From: an uncultured Methylomirabilota bacterium
GTDB lineage: Bacteria > Methylomirabilota > Methylomirabilia > Methylomirabilales > 2-02-FULL-66-22
NCBI GenBank assembly: GCA_963705305.1
Contig: OY970067.1
Span: forward strand, 3,872,001 to 3,936,000
DNA: 64,000 nucleotides
Direction: 5' to 3'
Every line of letters starts with the position of its first letter. Position 1 is the stretch's first letter. The position numbers and the translations under genes were made by a program. The notes under the pieces are model-generated. The model worked only from the letters and a program-made list of their open reading frames with translations. It made no database searches and was not told the DNA's origin. Below, in pieces: positions 18,348 through 30,944 of this stretch.

Positions 18348-19200
18348 ATGGAGATCAAGACGCTGGGGGTCATTGGCGCCGGGACGATGGGCCATGGCAT
18401 CGCACAGGTGGCCGCGCAGAGCGGATTGCGGGTGATCGTGCGCGACGTTCGATGACCGGATCCTCCAGCAGGCGCGCTCGCGGATCGAAAAGGGGCTGGA
18501 TCGGCTGGTCGAGTCGGGGAAGATCGCCGGGAGCCAGAAGGCGGACATTCTGAAAATGCTGATCTTTACGACAAATCCGGCCGAGTTCAAGAGCTGCGAC
18601 GTGGTTGTCGAGGCCGTCTTCGAGGATTTTGCGGCCAAACGGGCGTCTTCCTGGAGCTGGATAGGACGTGTCGGCCGGCGGCCGTGCTCGCCAGTGACAC
18701 CTCCTCCATCTCGATCACCCGGATCGGCGCGGCGACCAGGCGGCCCGACAAGGTGATCGGATTGCATTTCATGAACCCGGTAACCGTCCTGCCGCTGGTG
18801 GAAGTGATTCGGGGCATGGAAACGAGCGCGGACACGGCCGCCGTCGCCCATGAGCTGGCCAAGCGGATGGGCAAGACGACGGTCGAGGCCAAGGATTCCC
18901 CGGGATTTCTCGCCAACCGGATCCTCATGCCCATGATCAACGAGGCGATTTTTGCCTTGATGGAGGGGGTGGGGACCGTGGATGCCATCGACAATGTCAT
19001 GCATCTGGGCATGAAACACCCCATGGGTCCGCTGGCACTGGCTGATCTCATCGGCCTGGACGTTCTGTCTCGCGGTCCTGCGCGTCCTCCATCAGGAGTT
19101 GGGTGATCCGAAGTACCGGCCGGCGCCGCTGCTGGTGAAGATGGTGGACGCGGGCCACCTCGGCCGGAAGACGGGTCGCGGATTCTACAAGCACTCATAG
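18348..19200 (+). CDS. hbd: 3-hydroxybutyryl-CoA (3-hydroxyacyl-CoA) dehydrogenase, broken by three single-base indels (probably sequencing errors)
   Basis: [35 protein letters not shown]...[44 protein letters not shown]. Indels near 18447, 18642 and 19062. Confidence 0.88.
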
Positions 19201-19371
19201 CCGGCGGGCCTGGCGCCGGGCATCCCGTCTCAGCCCTCCCCCTGTCGTGATGCTCCGGACACGGCACTCTCCGGGGCAGTTTTCGGTTGACAGGGAGCGG
19301 ATTCGCGGGCGATCCTCAGGAGACTTGAAACCGGTTTCAACCATTGCGGGACGAGGAGCGAAGGCGCGCGC

Positions 19372-20172
19372 ATGCATATCATCGTCTGCATCAAGCAGAT
19401 CATCGACCCCGAGATCCCCAGCGAGCAGTTCCGCCTGGATCCGGCCGCCAAGCGCCAGGTGCGGGGCGGGCTCTCTTTGGTCATCAGCGCCTACGACCAG
19501 AATGCGCTGGAGGTCGCACTGCAACTGAAAGAGAAGAGCGGCGGGATCGTCACCGCCCTGACCCTGGGGGAGGCGGAGGCCCAGGGGGCCGTGAAGAGCG
19601 CCATGGGCATGGGGGCGGACGCGGGGGTGCTGGTGCAGGATCCGGCGCTGGCGGGGAGCGACCCCTTCGGGGTTGCCCACATCCTGGCCCGGGCCATTCA
19701 CACGGTGGGGATGCCGGATCTGATCTTGACCGGCTGCGTCTCCGGGGACCTCGGGCACAAAGTGGTCGGGCCGCTGCTGGCGGAGGAGCTGGAGCTGCCC
19801 TGTCTCGCGTTCGTGAGCCGGATCGATGCCCGCGACGGCCGCGTGGTCGCCCGCCGCATCGTCGAGGAGGGCTACGAGCTGGTCGAGGCCCCGCTGCCGC
19901 TGGTGGCCACCATCTTGAGCGACGACAGCAACGTTCCGCGCTATTCGAAATTGAAAGACATCATGGCGGCGGCGCGGAAGTCGGTACGCGTCCTGAAGGC
20001 CGCCGACCTGGCGCTCGATGGCGCGCGGGTGGGGGCGGCGGCGGCGCGCAGCATCGTCCGCGAGGTGACCATCCCGACACGGGAATCGCGCTGTGAGCTG
20101 ATCGAGGGGGAGACCCCCGAGGAGCAGGGCGCACGGCTGGCCCTGCGGCTGCACGAGCGACAGGTGATCTGA
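19372..20172 (+). CDS. etfB: Electron transfer flavoprotein beta subunit
   Basis: IIVCIKQIID, D.NALE.AL.LKE, AMGMGAD, PRY. Confidence 0.93.
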   Translation: MHIIVCIKQIIDPEIPSEQFRLDPAAKRQVRGGLSLVISAYDQNALEVALQLKEKSGGIVTALTLGEAEAQGAVKSAMGMGADAGVLVQDPALAGSDPFGVAHILARAIHTVGMPDLILTGCVSGDLGHKVVGPLLAEELELPCLAFVSRIDARDGRVVARRIVEEGYELVEAPLPLVATILSDDSNVPRYSKLKDIMAAARKSVRVLKAADLALDGARVGAAAARSIVREVTIPTRESRCELIEGETPEEQGARLALRLHERQVI

Positions 20173-20227
20173 CAGCGAGCCGGGCCAGGGCCGGGCGCAG
20201 CACGGGGATGACCCTAAAGGACTCCCA

Positions 20228-20426
20228 GGAGAATGCTGAAGGACTCGTTTTCGCTCAGGCTGCTCAAAAAGGCCCAGATGCAAGGCGCTACCCCGGGTAC
20301 CCGCCCATAGGGTGGGTGCAGGCGCGAGGCGTACTTCGCGCGTACGTCGCAGCCCCGCAGGAGCGCGGGGGGTACCCGTCCCCAAGACGGGTCCCCGCAG
20401 ATGGGCCGTTTTCAGCAGCCCGTTAG
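20228..20426. mobile_element. Small non-autonomous inverted-repeat element (MITE-like) between etfB and etfA
   Basis: Imperfect terminal inverted repeats GGCTGCTCAAAAAGGCCCAGATGC (20258-20281) and GCAGATGGGCCGTTTTCAGCAGCC (20397-20420), with internal hairpins and no transposase. Confidence 0.65.
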
Positions 20427-20437
20427 GAGAGACGGGC

Positions 20438-21421
20438 ATGGCGGATGTGCTGGTGATCGCCGATGGGCGGGAGCCGGAGCCCTCGCGGAACACGCTCGAG
20501 GTGCTGGCTGCCGCTCGGGCGCTGGCGGACGAGGACCGCAGCCGGGTGAGGGTGGTACTTCTGGGCGACGAGGCGGGCGCCGTGTCGTCCGAGTTGATCG
20601 CCCATGGCGCCGATCAGGTGATCCGTGTGGAGCACCCCCTGCTGGAGAGCCGTCAGGCGGATGCCGTTGTGGCGGCTGTCCAGCAGGTTGTCGCGCAGGT
20701 GCCGGCGGCGATCATCCTGCTGCCGGATGACTCCCGCGGCCGCGAGGTGGCTCCACGCCTGGCCCACCGGCTCGGGGGGGTGGTGGTGACCGAGGTCATC
20801 GGGCTGCAGGGCGCTGGAGAGACGCTTCGAGCTCGCCGCCAGCTGTACGGCGGGCGGTGCGTGGCCGAGATTGAGGGGAGGCGGCTGCCAGTCGTGGCCA
20901 CCCTGAAGCTTCGCAGTCGCGAGCCCGCGACAGAGCAGTCGGGCCGGACGGGCGAGGAGATTCGGATGGCAGTGGCCCTGGATGCCGGGAGTGTGCGGAC
21001 GCGTCTGCTGGAGCGGGTGACCGAGGAGACCCGCGGCGTCAAGCTGGAGAACGCCCGGGTGGTGGTGAGCGGCGGCCGCGGCCTGAAGGGCCCCCAGCCC
21101 TTCGAGCAGTTGGGGGAGCTGGCCCAACTGCTCAAGGGAGCGGTGGGGGCGTCGCGCGCGGCCACCGACGCCGGCTGGGTCCCGCTGTCCCGGCAGGTCG
21201 GCCAGACCGGGAAGTGCGTGAGTCCCGATCTCTACATCGCGGTGGGGATTTCGGGAGCCATCCAGCATCTGGCGGGCATGAGCGGCTCCAAGACGATTGT
21301 CGCCATCAATAGCGACCCGGATGCGCCGATCTTCAAGATGGCGCACCTGGGGGTGGTGGGCGATTTCAAGGCAGTGCTGCCTCCCTTCATCGCCAAGGTC
21401 AAAGAGGTGATCGAGCGGTAG
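20438..21421 (+). CDS. etfA: Electron transfer flavoprotein alpha subunit
   Basis: [50 protein letters not shown]. Confidence 0.95.
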   Translation: MADVLVIADGREPEPSRNTLEVLAAARALADEDRSRVRVVLLGDEAGAVSSELIAHGADQVIRVEHPLLESRQADAVVAAVQQVVAQVPAAIILLPDDSRGREVAPRLAHRLGGVVVTEVIGLQGAGETLRARRQLYGGRCVAEIEGRRLPVVATLKLRSREPATEQSGRTGEEIRMAVALDAGSVRTRLLERVTEETRGVKLENARVVVSGGRGLKGPQPFEQLGELAQLLKGAVGASRAATDAGWVPLSRQVGQTGKCVSPDLYIAVGISGAIQHLAGMSGSKTIVAINSDPDAPIFKMAHLGVVGDFKAVLPPFIAKVKEVIER

Positions 21422-21509
21422 GTGCGGGGGTCCGGATGCGCCTGATCAGACGAGCGGGCGGTCAGATGCGGCCGACATGCCATCTGGGCTCCGCTCCGGA
21501 GGAGGGCGC

Positions 21510-23492
<1,983 letters not shown>

Positions 23493-23860
23493 CCGTCCGG
23501 CGGGCCCCGGGCTTCCCCTGCGGGGGCGAAGCCGCTGGATAACCCATCCGGAGGCGCCAGAGTTTTTTCTTGACGGCTCCGAATAATCTGTGGCAGAAAT
23601 CTACCTAGCTACTCTGTCTCACCACATTCAGACCTTACGGTGTCCAGCAGTATCGGCGTCGGAGTTCGGCGCATCCCCGGGCGGGTGTTTGGCACCGGGG
23701 CGCGTCGGCCACTCCTTCTGCCTTCACACCGACGAGCCAGCACGAGCTGTATCGGGAATAGCCTCGGGGATGAGAGCGAGAGTTCTCTGTCGGGATGGTC
23801 GCGGACGCCGGCGTCCGCGCCGCCGTTTCTGCTCACCCATCAACACAGGAGGGATCGAAC

Positions 23861-24865
23861 ATGACGGGGAAGCTGACGCGGTTCATGCTGGTGTTGGCGC
23901 TGGGCGTGGCCCTTGCCGCGATCGCCGGGCCGCCGGCACTGGCGCAGACGATCACGCTACACGGGGCGAGCCAGTTCGACGACACCCACTCCTACAACCA
24001 GACCATGCTCAAGTTCGCCGAGCAGGTCCAGAAGTACTACGGGAAGCCGGTCAACTTCGTCCTCCATCGCAACCGGGAGCTGGGCCTGGAGAAGGACTAC
24101 TTTGCCTACATGAGCCAGGGCCTCTCCGTGGACTATGCGGTGGTGGCCCCCTCGCACATGTCCACCTTCTCCAAGCAGGCGACCCTGATGGACATGCCCT
24201 TCCTGTTCCGGAGCGTGGAACAGTGGGAGAAGGTCCTCTCCACCGGTGACGCGCTCAAGCCCATCGCCGACGATGTGTTGAAGAAGGCCAACGTCATGCT
24301 GATCGGCTACGCGGGCGGCGGCGTGCGCAACATCGTCTCCAAGAAGCCGGTCCGCAACATGGCAGAGCTGAAGGGTCTGCCCATCCGCGTGATGGGCGCC
24401 CCCATCCAGATCCAGATGTTCCAGGCCCTGGGGGCGGCTCCCACCGTCGTCGCCTACGACGAGGTGTACAACGCCATCCAGACCGGCGTCATCCAGGCGG
24501 GCGAGAACGAGGCCGCCGGCTGGTCGCAGATGAAGTGGGACGAGGTGGCGGAGAACGTCGACCTGACCCAGCACGCCATCACCGTCCGGCCTCTCTGCTT
24601 CAGCGGCAAGACGTTCCGCAAGCTGCCCGCAGATCTTCAGGCCGCCATCCTGAAGGCCGGGAAGGACGGGGCCGCCTGGGGCCGGAAGTGGGAGCGCGAG
24701 GCGGATGGGAAGATCCTGAAGCAGTACGAGGCGGAAGGCAAGATCAAGATCTGGAAGTTTGCGGACCGGGCCAAGCTCCTGGAGCTGGCCGCTCCGGTGC
24801 GGGTGTCGTTCGCCAAAGAGATCGGGGCGGAGAATGTCCTGGCGGCCATCGACGCGGTGAAGTAG
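23861..24865 (+). CDS. dctP: TRAP substrate-binding protein (DctP)
   Basis: Signal peptide. DMPFLF, LKGLPIRV, EVYNAIQTGVI...EN. Confidence 0.92.
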   Translation: MTGKLTRFMLVLALGVALAAIAGPPALAQTITLHGASQFDDTHSYNQTMLKFAEQVQKYYGKPVNFVLHRNRELGLEKDYFAYMSQGLSVDYAVVAPSHMSTFSKQATLMDMPFLFRSVEQWEKVLSTGDALKPIADDVLKKANVMLIGYAGGGVRNIVSKKPVRNMAELKGLPIRVMGAPIQIQMFQALGAAPTVVAYDEVYNAIQTGVIQAGENEAAGWSQMKWDEVAENVDLTQHAITVRPLCFSGKTFRKLPADLQAAILKAGKDGAAWGRKWEREADGKILKQYEAEGKIKIWKFADRAKLLELAAPVRVSFAKEIGAENVLAAIDAVK

Positions 24866-24883
24866 CGACGCTCGATCTGCGTG

Positions 24884-24930
24884 AAGAGATCGGGTCCCCG
24901 GGCCGGCTGTGCCCGGGGACCCGATCTTTT
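24884..24930 (+). terminator. Long hairpin between dctP and dctQ (terminator/attenuator or mRNA stabiliser)
   Basis: AAGAGATCGGGTCCCCGGGC-CGGCTGT-GCCCGGGGACCCGATCTTTT. Confidence 0.7.
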
Positions 24931-24949
24931 CCATAGAAAAGGACCGGCC

Positions 24950-25456
24950 ATGCGGATGAACATCGGGAAGACCATCCTAGCGGGATACCATCGGGTGCTG
25001 CAGGCGCTGATGACATTCCTCATGGGCGTCATGATCATTCCCGTCACCCTGCAGATCTTCTCCCGGTACACCGGCCTCATCCCCCGGTATATCTGGACCG
25101 AGGAGGCCGCCCGCTTCTGCTTCATGTGGGTCATCATGACCGGCGCGATGATCGGGGTGCGCGATGGGACCCACTTCAACGTCGATGTGATCCCCCTGCC
25201 CTCCTCTCCCAGGGGACGGGCGATCTCGGAGTTGGTGGTGGATTTCTTCCTGCTCATCATGGCCGTTGCGTTCACATGGTACGGATACGGGTATGCGGTC
25301 TTCGGCTACAACCAGATCTCGGAGCTGACCGGCATCAACCTCGCCTGGATCTACTCGATGTATTTCGTCACTGGATTGACGTGGCTGGCTTTTCTGGGTG
25401 AGCGGGTTCTGGACGCCGTGAATACCTTGCGGGGAGGCCAGCATGACGCCAGGTGA
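24950..25456 (+). CDS. dctQ: TRAP small permease (DctQ)
   Basis: QIFSRY...WTEEAARF.F.W...GA..G.R...HF.VD. Confidence 0.92.
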   Translation: MRMNIGKTILAGYHRVLQALMTFLMGVMIIPVTLQIFSRYTGLIPRYIWTEEAARFCFMWVIMTGAMIGVRDGTHFNVDVIPLPSSPRGRAISELVVDFFLLIMAVAFTWYGYGYAVFGYNQISELTGINLAWIYSMYFVTGLTWLAFLGERVLDAVNTLRGGQHDAR

Positions 25457-26744
25457 GGTTTCGCTGATCCTATTCGGCGTGTTCATTCCCCTGATCACTT
25501 TGCGCGTCCCCGTCGCCTTCGCCCTGGGCTTGGCGTGCGTCCCCATCTTTTTCCTCGACAGCCACCTGACCCCCATCCTGCTCATCGGCGAGATGACCAA
25601 GGCCTACAACTCCTTCGTGCTGCTGGCGGTGCCGTTCTTCATCCTGGCCGCCAACCTCATGAACTCGGCGGGCATTACGCAGCGGCTGATCGATCTGTCG
25701 CGGACCATGGTGGGCCATTTCAAGGGCGGCCTGGGCCATATCAACGTCGTCGTCAGCATGATCTTCGCGGGCATCTCCGGATCGTCGACGGCCGATGCGG
25801 CCGGCATCGGGTCCGTGCTGATCCCGGCCATGAAGAAGCAGGGGTACGACAGCAGCTTCACGGTGGCCATCACCTCCTGTTCTTCGGTCATGGGCGTCAT
25901 CATCCCCCCCAGCATTATGATGGTCGTCTGGGGCGGCATCATGAACGTCTCTATCGGGGGCCTGTTCCTGGCGGGATTTCTGCCGGGGATGATGATCGGC
26001 GGCTCCCAGATGATCGCCGTCCGCATCTATGCGGGCATTCGCGGATATCCGGTCTACACGCGCAGCAGCTTCCGGGAATTTCTCCAAACCTTGGGCGGGG
26101 CCTTCTTCGCCCTCATGTCGCCGGCCATCGTCGTCGGGGGGGTGGTGTTCGGCTTCGTGACGCCAACCGAGGCCTCGGTCCTGGCGGTCCTCTACACCTT
26201 CGTCATCGGCCTGCTGGTCTACCGCTCCTTCACGATTCCGCAGGTTCCGACGGTCCTGTATGAGACGGCGCGGCTGGCGTCCCTGTCCCTGTTCTGCATC
26301 GGGACGGCCTCGGCGTTCGGATGGATCCTGGCCTTCTACCAGATCCCCATCGGGGTCGTGAAGGTGCTGGCGCCGTATTGCACGGGCGTGACGGCCATGG
26401 GGCTCATCGAGGCGGCGATCTTTCTCTTCATCGGCTGCTTCATCGACGCGATCCCGGCCATGATCATCCTGGGCCCGCTGCTCGAGCCCCTGGCGCGGCA
26501 TGTCCACATGCACCCCGTCCACTTCGCCATCATCGGCGTCGTGTCGCTGGCCTTCGGCCTGGTCACCCCTCCCTACGGATTATGCCTTTTGATCGCCTGC
26601 GCCATCGGCGAGATCAACGTGTCCGACGCGATCCGGGATGTCTGCATCATCCTCGTCCCCATGCTGTTGATGCTGTTTCTGGTCATCCTCTTCCCGGACG
26701 TGATCCTGTATCTCCCGAGGCTCATCATGCCCAAGTTCATGTGA
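25443..26744 (+). CDS. dctM: TRAP large permease (DctM)
   Basis: LLAVPFF, GISGSSTAD, IIPPSI, TPTEA, TPPYG. Confidence 0.95.
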   Translation: MTPGEVSLILFGVFIPLITLRVPVAFALGLACVPIFFLDSHLTPILLIGEMTKAYNSFVLLAVPFFILAANLMNSAGITQRLIDLSRTMVGHFKGGLGHINVVVSMIFAGISGSSTADAAGIGSVLIPAMKKQGYDSSFTVAITSCSSVMGVIIPPSIMMVVWGGIMNVSIGGLFLAGFLPGMMIGGSQMIAVRIYAGIRGYPVYTRSSFREFLQTLGGAFFALMSPAIVVGGVVFGFVTPTEASVLAVLYTFVIGLLVYRSFTIPQVPTVLYETARLASLSLFCIGTASAFGWILAFYQIPIGVVKVLAPYCTGVTAMGLIEAAIFLFIGCFIDAIPAMIILGPLLEPLARHVHMHPVHFAIIGVVSLAFGLVTPPYGLCLLIACAIGEINVSDAIRDVCIILVPMLLMLFLVILFPDVILYLPRLIMPKFM

Positions 26745-26868
26745 GGAAGAGGGCAGAACAAGTGTCGGCCGGGCCGGCGCCAGCTGCGGGTGGCGCCGGC
26801 CCTCCTGTCTCAGGAGCGGTGGCCCGCCTGTGAACCCGCGGTGCCCGCGGGACTGAGGTGCATACCCT

Positions 26869-28069
26869 ATGGACCTCGAAAGGGTCATTCCCACACACGA
26901 GTTGGACATGCGGCTGTCGCGCCTGCAGGCGCGGCTGGCCGCGGCGGGTGACGCCGAGGCCGTCTTCATCTTCCAGCCGGCCGATCTGTTCTACTGGAGC
27001 GGGACGGTTCAGGACGCCTGGCTGGTGATCCCGCGGGAGGGGCCGGCGCTGCTCCTGGTCCGGCGCAGCCTGGAGCGGGCGCAGGCCGAGTCCGGGCTCT
27101 CCCGCATCCTTCCCCTGGGCGGCCTGCGCGGCGTGCCGGGGCTCCTGGCGTCCCAGGGCCTGGGGAGCCTCCGCCGCGTCGGCCTGGAGTTCGAACGTCC
27201 TGCCGGTCGAACGATACGCCGGCCTGGCTCGCCTTTTCCCGCTGATGCAGTTTGTGGACGTCTCCCGGATGCTGCGGGAGATCCGGATGATCAAATCCGC
27301 CTATGAGATCGGCCTGATCCGGCAGGCGGCGATTATCCAGGATCATATGGCGCGGCGCCTGCGGGAGGTGGTGCGGCCGGGGATGACCGAACTGGAATTG
27401 GCCGCGGAGGTGGAGGCGGAGGCGCGCCGCCACGGCCATCAAGGATTCGTGCGGGTCCGGCGATTCGGCCAGGAATTCTACTACGGCCACCTCCTCTGCG
27501 GTCCGAGCGGGGAGATCCCTTCCTGGCTGGATGCCGCCACAGGGGGGACGGGGCTTTCGCCCGCGTTCGGGACGGGGCCCGGATGGCGACAGATCCAGCC
27601 CCACGAGCCGATCCTCCTGGATTACGCCGGCGTGTACTGCGGCTACCATTCCGACCAGACCCGGTTGTTCGCTTTGGGGGCGCTGCCGGAGGCGCTGACT
27701 CGGGCATACGAGGCCTGCCTGGCCATTCGCGAGGAGATCCTGGCCGTCCTGTGTCCGGGGACCACAACCGGTCACGTCTTCCGTCGCGCCCAGGCCCTGG
27801 CCGACCGGCTCGGGTATGCGGACCGGTTCATGGGATTGGGCGCCGACCGGGTGCACTTCGTCGGCCATGGGGTGGGGATCGAGCTGGACGAGCTTCCGGT
27901 GCTGGCCGCGGGAGGGGAGGCCACCCTGGAGGGCGGAATGACCGTCGCCGTGGAGCCGAAGATCGTGTGCCCCGGGCTGGGAGTGGTCGGAGTAGAAGAT
28001 ACCTTCCTGATCACGGACGGGGAGCCGGAGTGCCTGACGGTGACGGGTCGCGAGATGGCGGTCCTGTAA
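26869..28069 (+). CDS. Xaa-Pro peptidase family (M24) protein with a +1 frameshift at 27193-27199
   Basis: Creatinase_N-like start, R.IKS.YEI, D...Y.SD.TR, HGVG.ELDE.P, EP, ED. Removing one A joins ORFs 26869 and 27245. Confidence 0.88.
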
Positions 28070-28147
28070 TCGGTTGACTTCACCCGGGAAATCACGTAGG
28101 GTAAAACTTTAAGTAACTCCACGAACCCAAAGGGCTAGGGGGAATGT

Positions 28148-29206
28148 ATGGCCGAGGTGGTGACGCGGAGGGTGCCGGGGAAGGACGAGCGCAAGGAGCG
28201 GGAGAAGGCGCTGGATCTGGCGGTGTCCCAGATCGAGAAACAGTACGGGAAGGGTGCCATCATGCGCCTGGGGGCCTCGGGCGCGCTTTTGCCGGTGGCG
28301 ACGATCCCCACCGGCTCGCTGGAGCTGGATTTCGCCCTGGGGGTCGGCGGGGTGCCGCGCGGGCGCGTCCTCGAGATCTTCGGTCCGGAATCGAGCGGGA
28401 AAACGACCCTGGCGCTGCACATTATCGCCGAGGCACAGAAGCTGGGCGGGGCCGCCGCCTTCGTGGACGCGGAGCACGCCCTGGATGCCCCCTACGCTCA
28501 GAGGCTTGGGGTCAACATCGACGAACTGCTGATCTCGCAGCCGGACACCGGCGAGCAGGCCCTGGAGATCACCGAGGTCCTGGTGCGGAGCGGGGCCGTG
28601 GACGTGATCGTCATCGACTCGGTGGCGGCCCTGGTGCCCCGGGCGGAGATTGACGGCGAGATGGGGGATTCGCTGCCGGGTCTCCAGGCCCGTCTGATGT
28701 CCCAGGCGCTGCGAAAGCTGACGGCCGCAATCAGCAAGTCCCGCACCTGCGTCGTCTTCATCAACCAGATCCGGGAGAAGATCGGCGTCATGTTCGGAAA
28801 CCCGGAGACGACCACGGGCGGGCGGGCGCTGAAGTTCTACACCTCGGTCCGGCTGGACATCCGGCGGATCTCGGCGCTGAAGGACGGCGAGGAGGTCATC
28901 GGCAGCCGGGTGAAGGTCAAGGTGGTCAAGAACAAGGTGGCCCCCCCGTTCCGCGAGGCGGAGTTCGACATCATCTACGGCGAGGGGATCTCGCGGCTGG
29001 GGAGCGTGCTGGACATGGGGGTCACCCACAAGGTCGTGGACAAGACCGGCGCCTGGTACACCTACGGCGGGGAGCGGATCGGCCAGGGGCGCGAGAATGC
29101 CAAGCGGTTCCTGCAGGAGAACCCCGCCATGGCCAGCGAGATCGAGGGCAAGATCCGATCGGCCCTGGGCATGGTGGCGACCTCCTCGGCGGAGACGGAG
29201 GCATAA
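28148..29206 (+). CDS. recA: Recombinase RecA
   Basis: [40 protein letters not shown]. Confidence 0.99.
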   Translation: MAEVVTRRVPGKDERKEREKALDLAVSQIEKQYGKGAIMRLGASGALLPVATIPTGSLELDFALGVGGVPRGRVLEIFGPESSGKTTLALHIIAEAQKLGGAAAFVDAEHALDAPYAQRLGVNIDELLISQPDTGEQALEITEVLVRSGAVDVIVIDSVAALVPRAEIDGEMGDSLPGLQARLMSQALRKLTAAISKSRTCVVFINQIREKIGVMFGNPETTTGGRALKFYTSVRLDIRRISALKDGEEVIGSRVKVKVVKNKVAPPFREAEFDIIYGEGISRLGSVLDMGVTHKVVDKTGAWYTYGGERIGQGRENAKRFLQENPAMASEIEGKIRSALGMVATSSAETEA

Positions 29207-29210
29207 GACG

Positions 29211-30357
29211 ATGGAACTGGCAGATCTTTTGAAGGTCGCGGTGGAGCGGAAGGCGTCCGACCTCCATATCAAGGTAGGAACGCCCCCCGTCCTGCGCATC
29301 GACCACCGGCTGTTCGCGCTGACCGAGATGCCGCGGCTGACCCAAGATACGGTGGTGGCCATGGCGGCCACGGTGATGAATGCGCGGCAGCGCGAACGGT
29401 TCAAGGAGCACAACGAGGCGGATCTGGCCCACAGCGTCCCCGGGCTGGGCCGCTTCCGCATCAACATCTTCCAGCAGCGGGGTATGGTGGGGATGGTCCT
29501 CCGGCTCATCCCCCTCAAGGTCCAGACCATCAGCGAGTTGAACCTGCCGCCGGTTTTGGAGAAAATCGCCATGGAGCCGCGGGGCCTGGTGCTGGTGACC
29601 GGCACGACGGGCTCGGGCAAATCCTCGACCCTGGCGGCGCTGATCGATTACATCAACACCAATCGGACCGGCCACATCATCACCATCGAGGATCCCATCG
29701 AGTTCCTGCACCGCGACAAGCGCTGCCTGGTCAGCCAGCGCGAAGTGGGCATGGATACCATGTCGTTCAGCGAGGCGCTGCGCAGCGCCCTCCGCCAGGA
29801 TCCCGACATCATCCTGGTCGGAGAGATGCGGGACTTCGAGACGATCTCCACCGCCATCCTGGCCGCCGAGACGGGCCACCTGGTGATGAGTACCCTGCAC
29901 ACGCTGGATGCCACCGAGACGATCAACCGCATCATTTCGGTGTTCGCCCCGTACCAGCAGAAGCAGATCCGCCTGCAGCTGGCGTCGGTGATCAAGGGGG
30001 TGATTCTCGCAGCGGCTGATCCCTCGCGCCGACGGGAAAGGGCGGGTGCCCGCGGTGGAGGTCTGCGTCGCCACCGCCACCGTGCGGGACTGCATCTCGG
30101 ACCCCGACAAGACGCGCAAGCTCCAGGACGTCATCGCGGGCGGGGTCAGCCAGTACGGCATGCAGACCTTCGACCAGTCCCTAATGACACTGTACACCCG
30201 CGGCCTCATCACATACGAGGAGGCGCTGCACTGGTGCAGCAACCCCGACGATTTCGCGCTGCGGGTCCGCGGCGTGGAGTCCACCTCGGACGAGACGTGG
30301 CGAGGCGAGGATGCCGGCGTGCCGGCGAAGGGCATGCCGGACATGACAAAGTTTTGA
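29211..30357 (+). CDS. pilT: Type IV pilus retraction ATPase (PilT/PilU family) with a +1 frameshift at about 30004
   Basis: ASDLH, GTTGSGKSST, TIEDPIE, ALRQDPD, GEMRD, TGHLV.STLHT. Continues (VISQRLIPR)...GMQTFDQSL in the 30046 frame. Confidence 0.92.
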
Positions 30358-30887
30358 TTCCTGCCTGCGGCGGACAGCCCGACGGCCGGGAGAAGGCGCC
30401 GCCGGAGCGGGCCCCGGCCTGGGACGAGGCCGTTCGCTGGCTGGCCCTCCGGGCCCGCAGCACCTCCGAGGTCGGCTGGAGGCTGCGTCGGCTGGGCTAC
30501 CGGCCGGACGAGATCGCCGGGGTGATCGGGCGCCTGACGGCGTCCCGCTACCTGGACGATGCCGAGTTCGCGCGCTCCTGGGTCCGCAGCCGGGCCGAGC
30601 GGGCCGGCTACGGCCCGTCGCGCCTAAGGCGGGAACTTCGCGACAAAGGGATCGACGAGGCCGAGATCGCCGGGGCGTTGGCCGAGCTCACGGCAGAGCG
30701 GGATGTGCGTGACTTGGCGGCGGAGGCCGCCCGCCGCCGGCTGCCGGCATTGCGGGGGTTGGCCTCCGCGGTGGCCCGGCGCCGCATGGCGGGATATCTT
30801 TCGCGGCGAGGATTCGGGGCGGAGGTCATCCTGGAGCTGTGTCGCCGCCTATTCCCGGCCGACGCCGACGACCCGGACCCGCAATGA
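30354..30887 (+). CDS. recX: Regulatory protein RecX
   Basis: A.RWLA.RARS..E...L, YLDDAEFA, GPSRLRREL..KGI, YLSRRGF. TTG start overlapping the pilT stop (start uncertain). Confidence 0.88.
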   Translation: MIPACGGQPDGREKAPPERAPAWDEAVRWLALRARSTSEVGWRLRRLGYRPDEIAGVIGRLTASRYLDDAEFARSWVRSRAERAGYGPSRLRRELRDKGIDEAEIAGALAELTAERDVRDLAAEAARRRLPALRGLASAVARRRMAGYLSRRGFGAEVILELCRRLFPADADDPDPQ

Positions 30888-30944
30888 TGGAGTGGGTGCT
30901 GCCGCCGCGACTCTGATTGCACGCGCAGAACACCAGACAGGAGG

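Noticed and set aside
18348..19200. hbd, cmk, M24, cyclase and pilT as true pseudogenes or programmed frameshifts
   Set aside because: The reading frames are otherwise intact, housekeeping genes are included, there are no slippery heptamers, and the indels share one DNA motif in both orientations. Sequencing error is more parsimonious.
29097..30887. 596-aa PilT-RecX fusion ORF
   Set aside because: Artefact of a +1 indel near 30004. The PilT C-terminus is intact in the 30046 frame and the bridging segment is off-frame nonsense.
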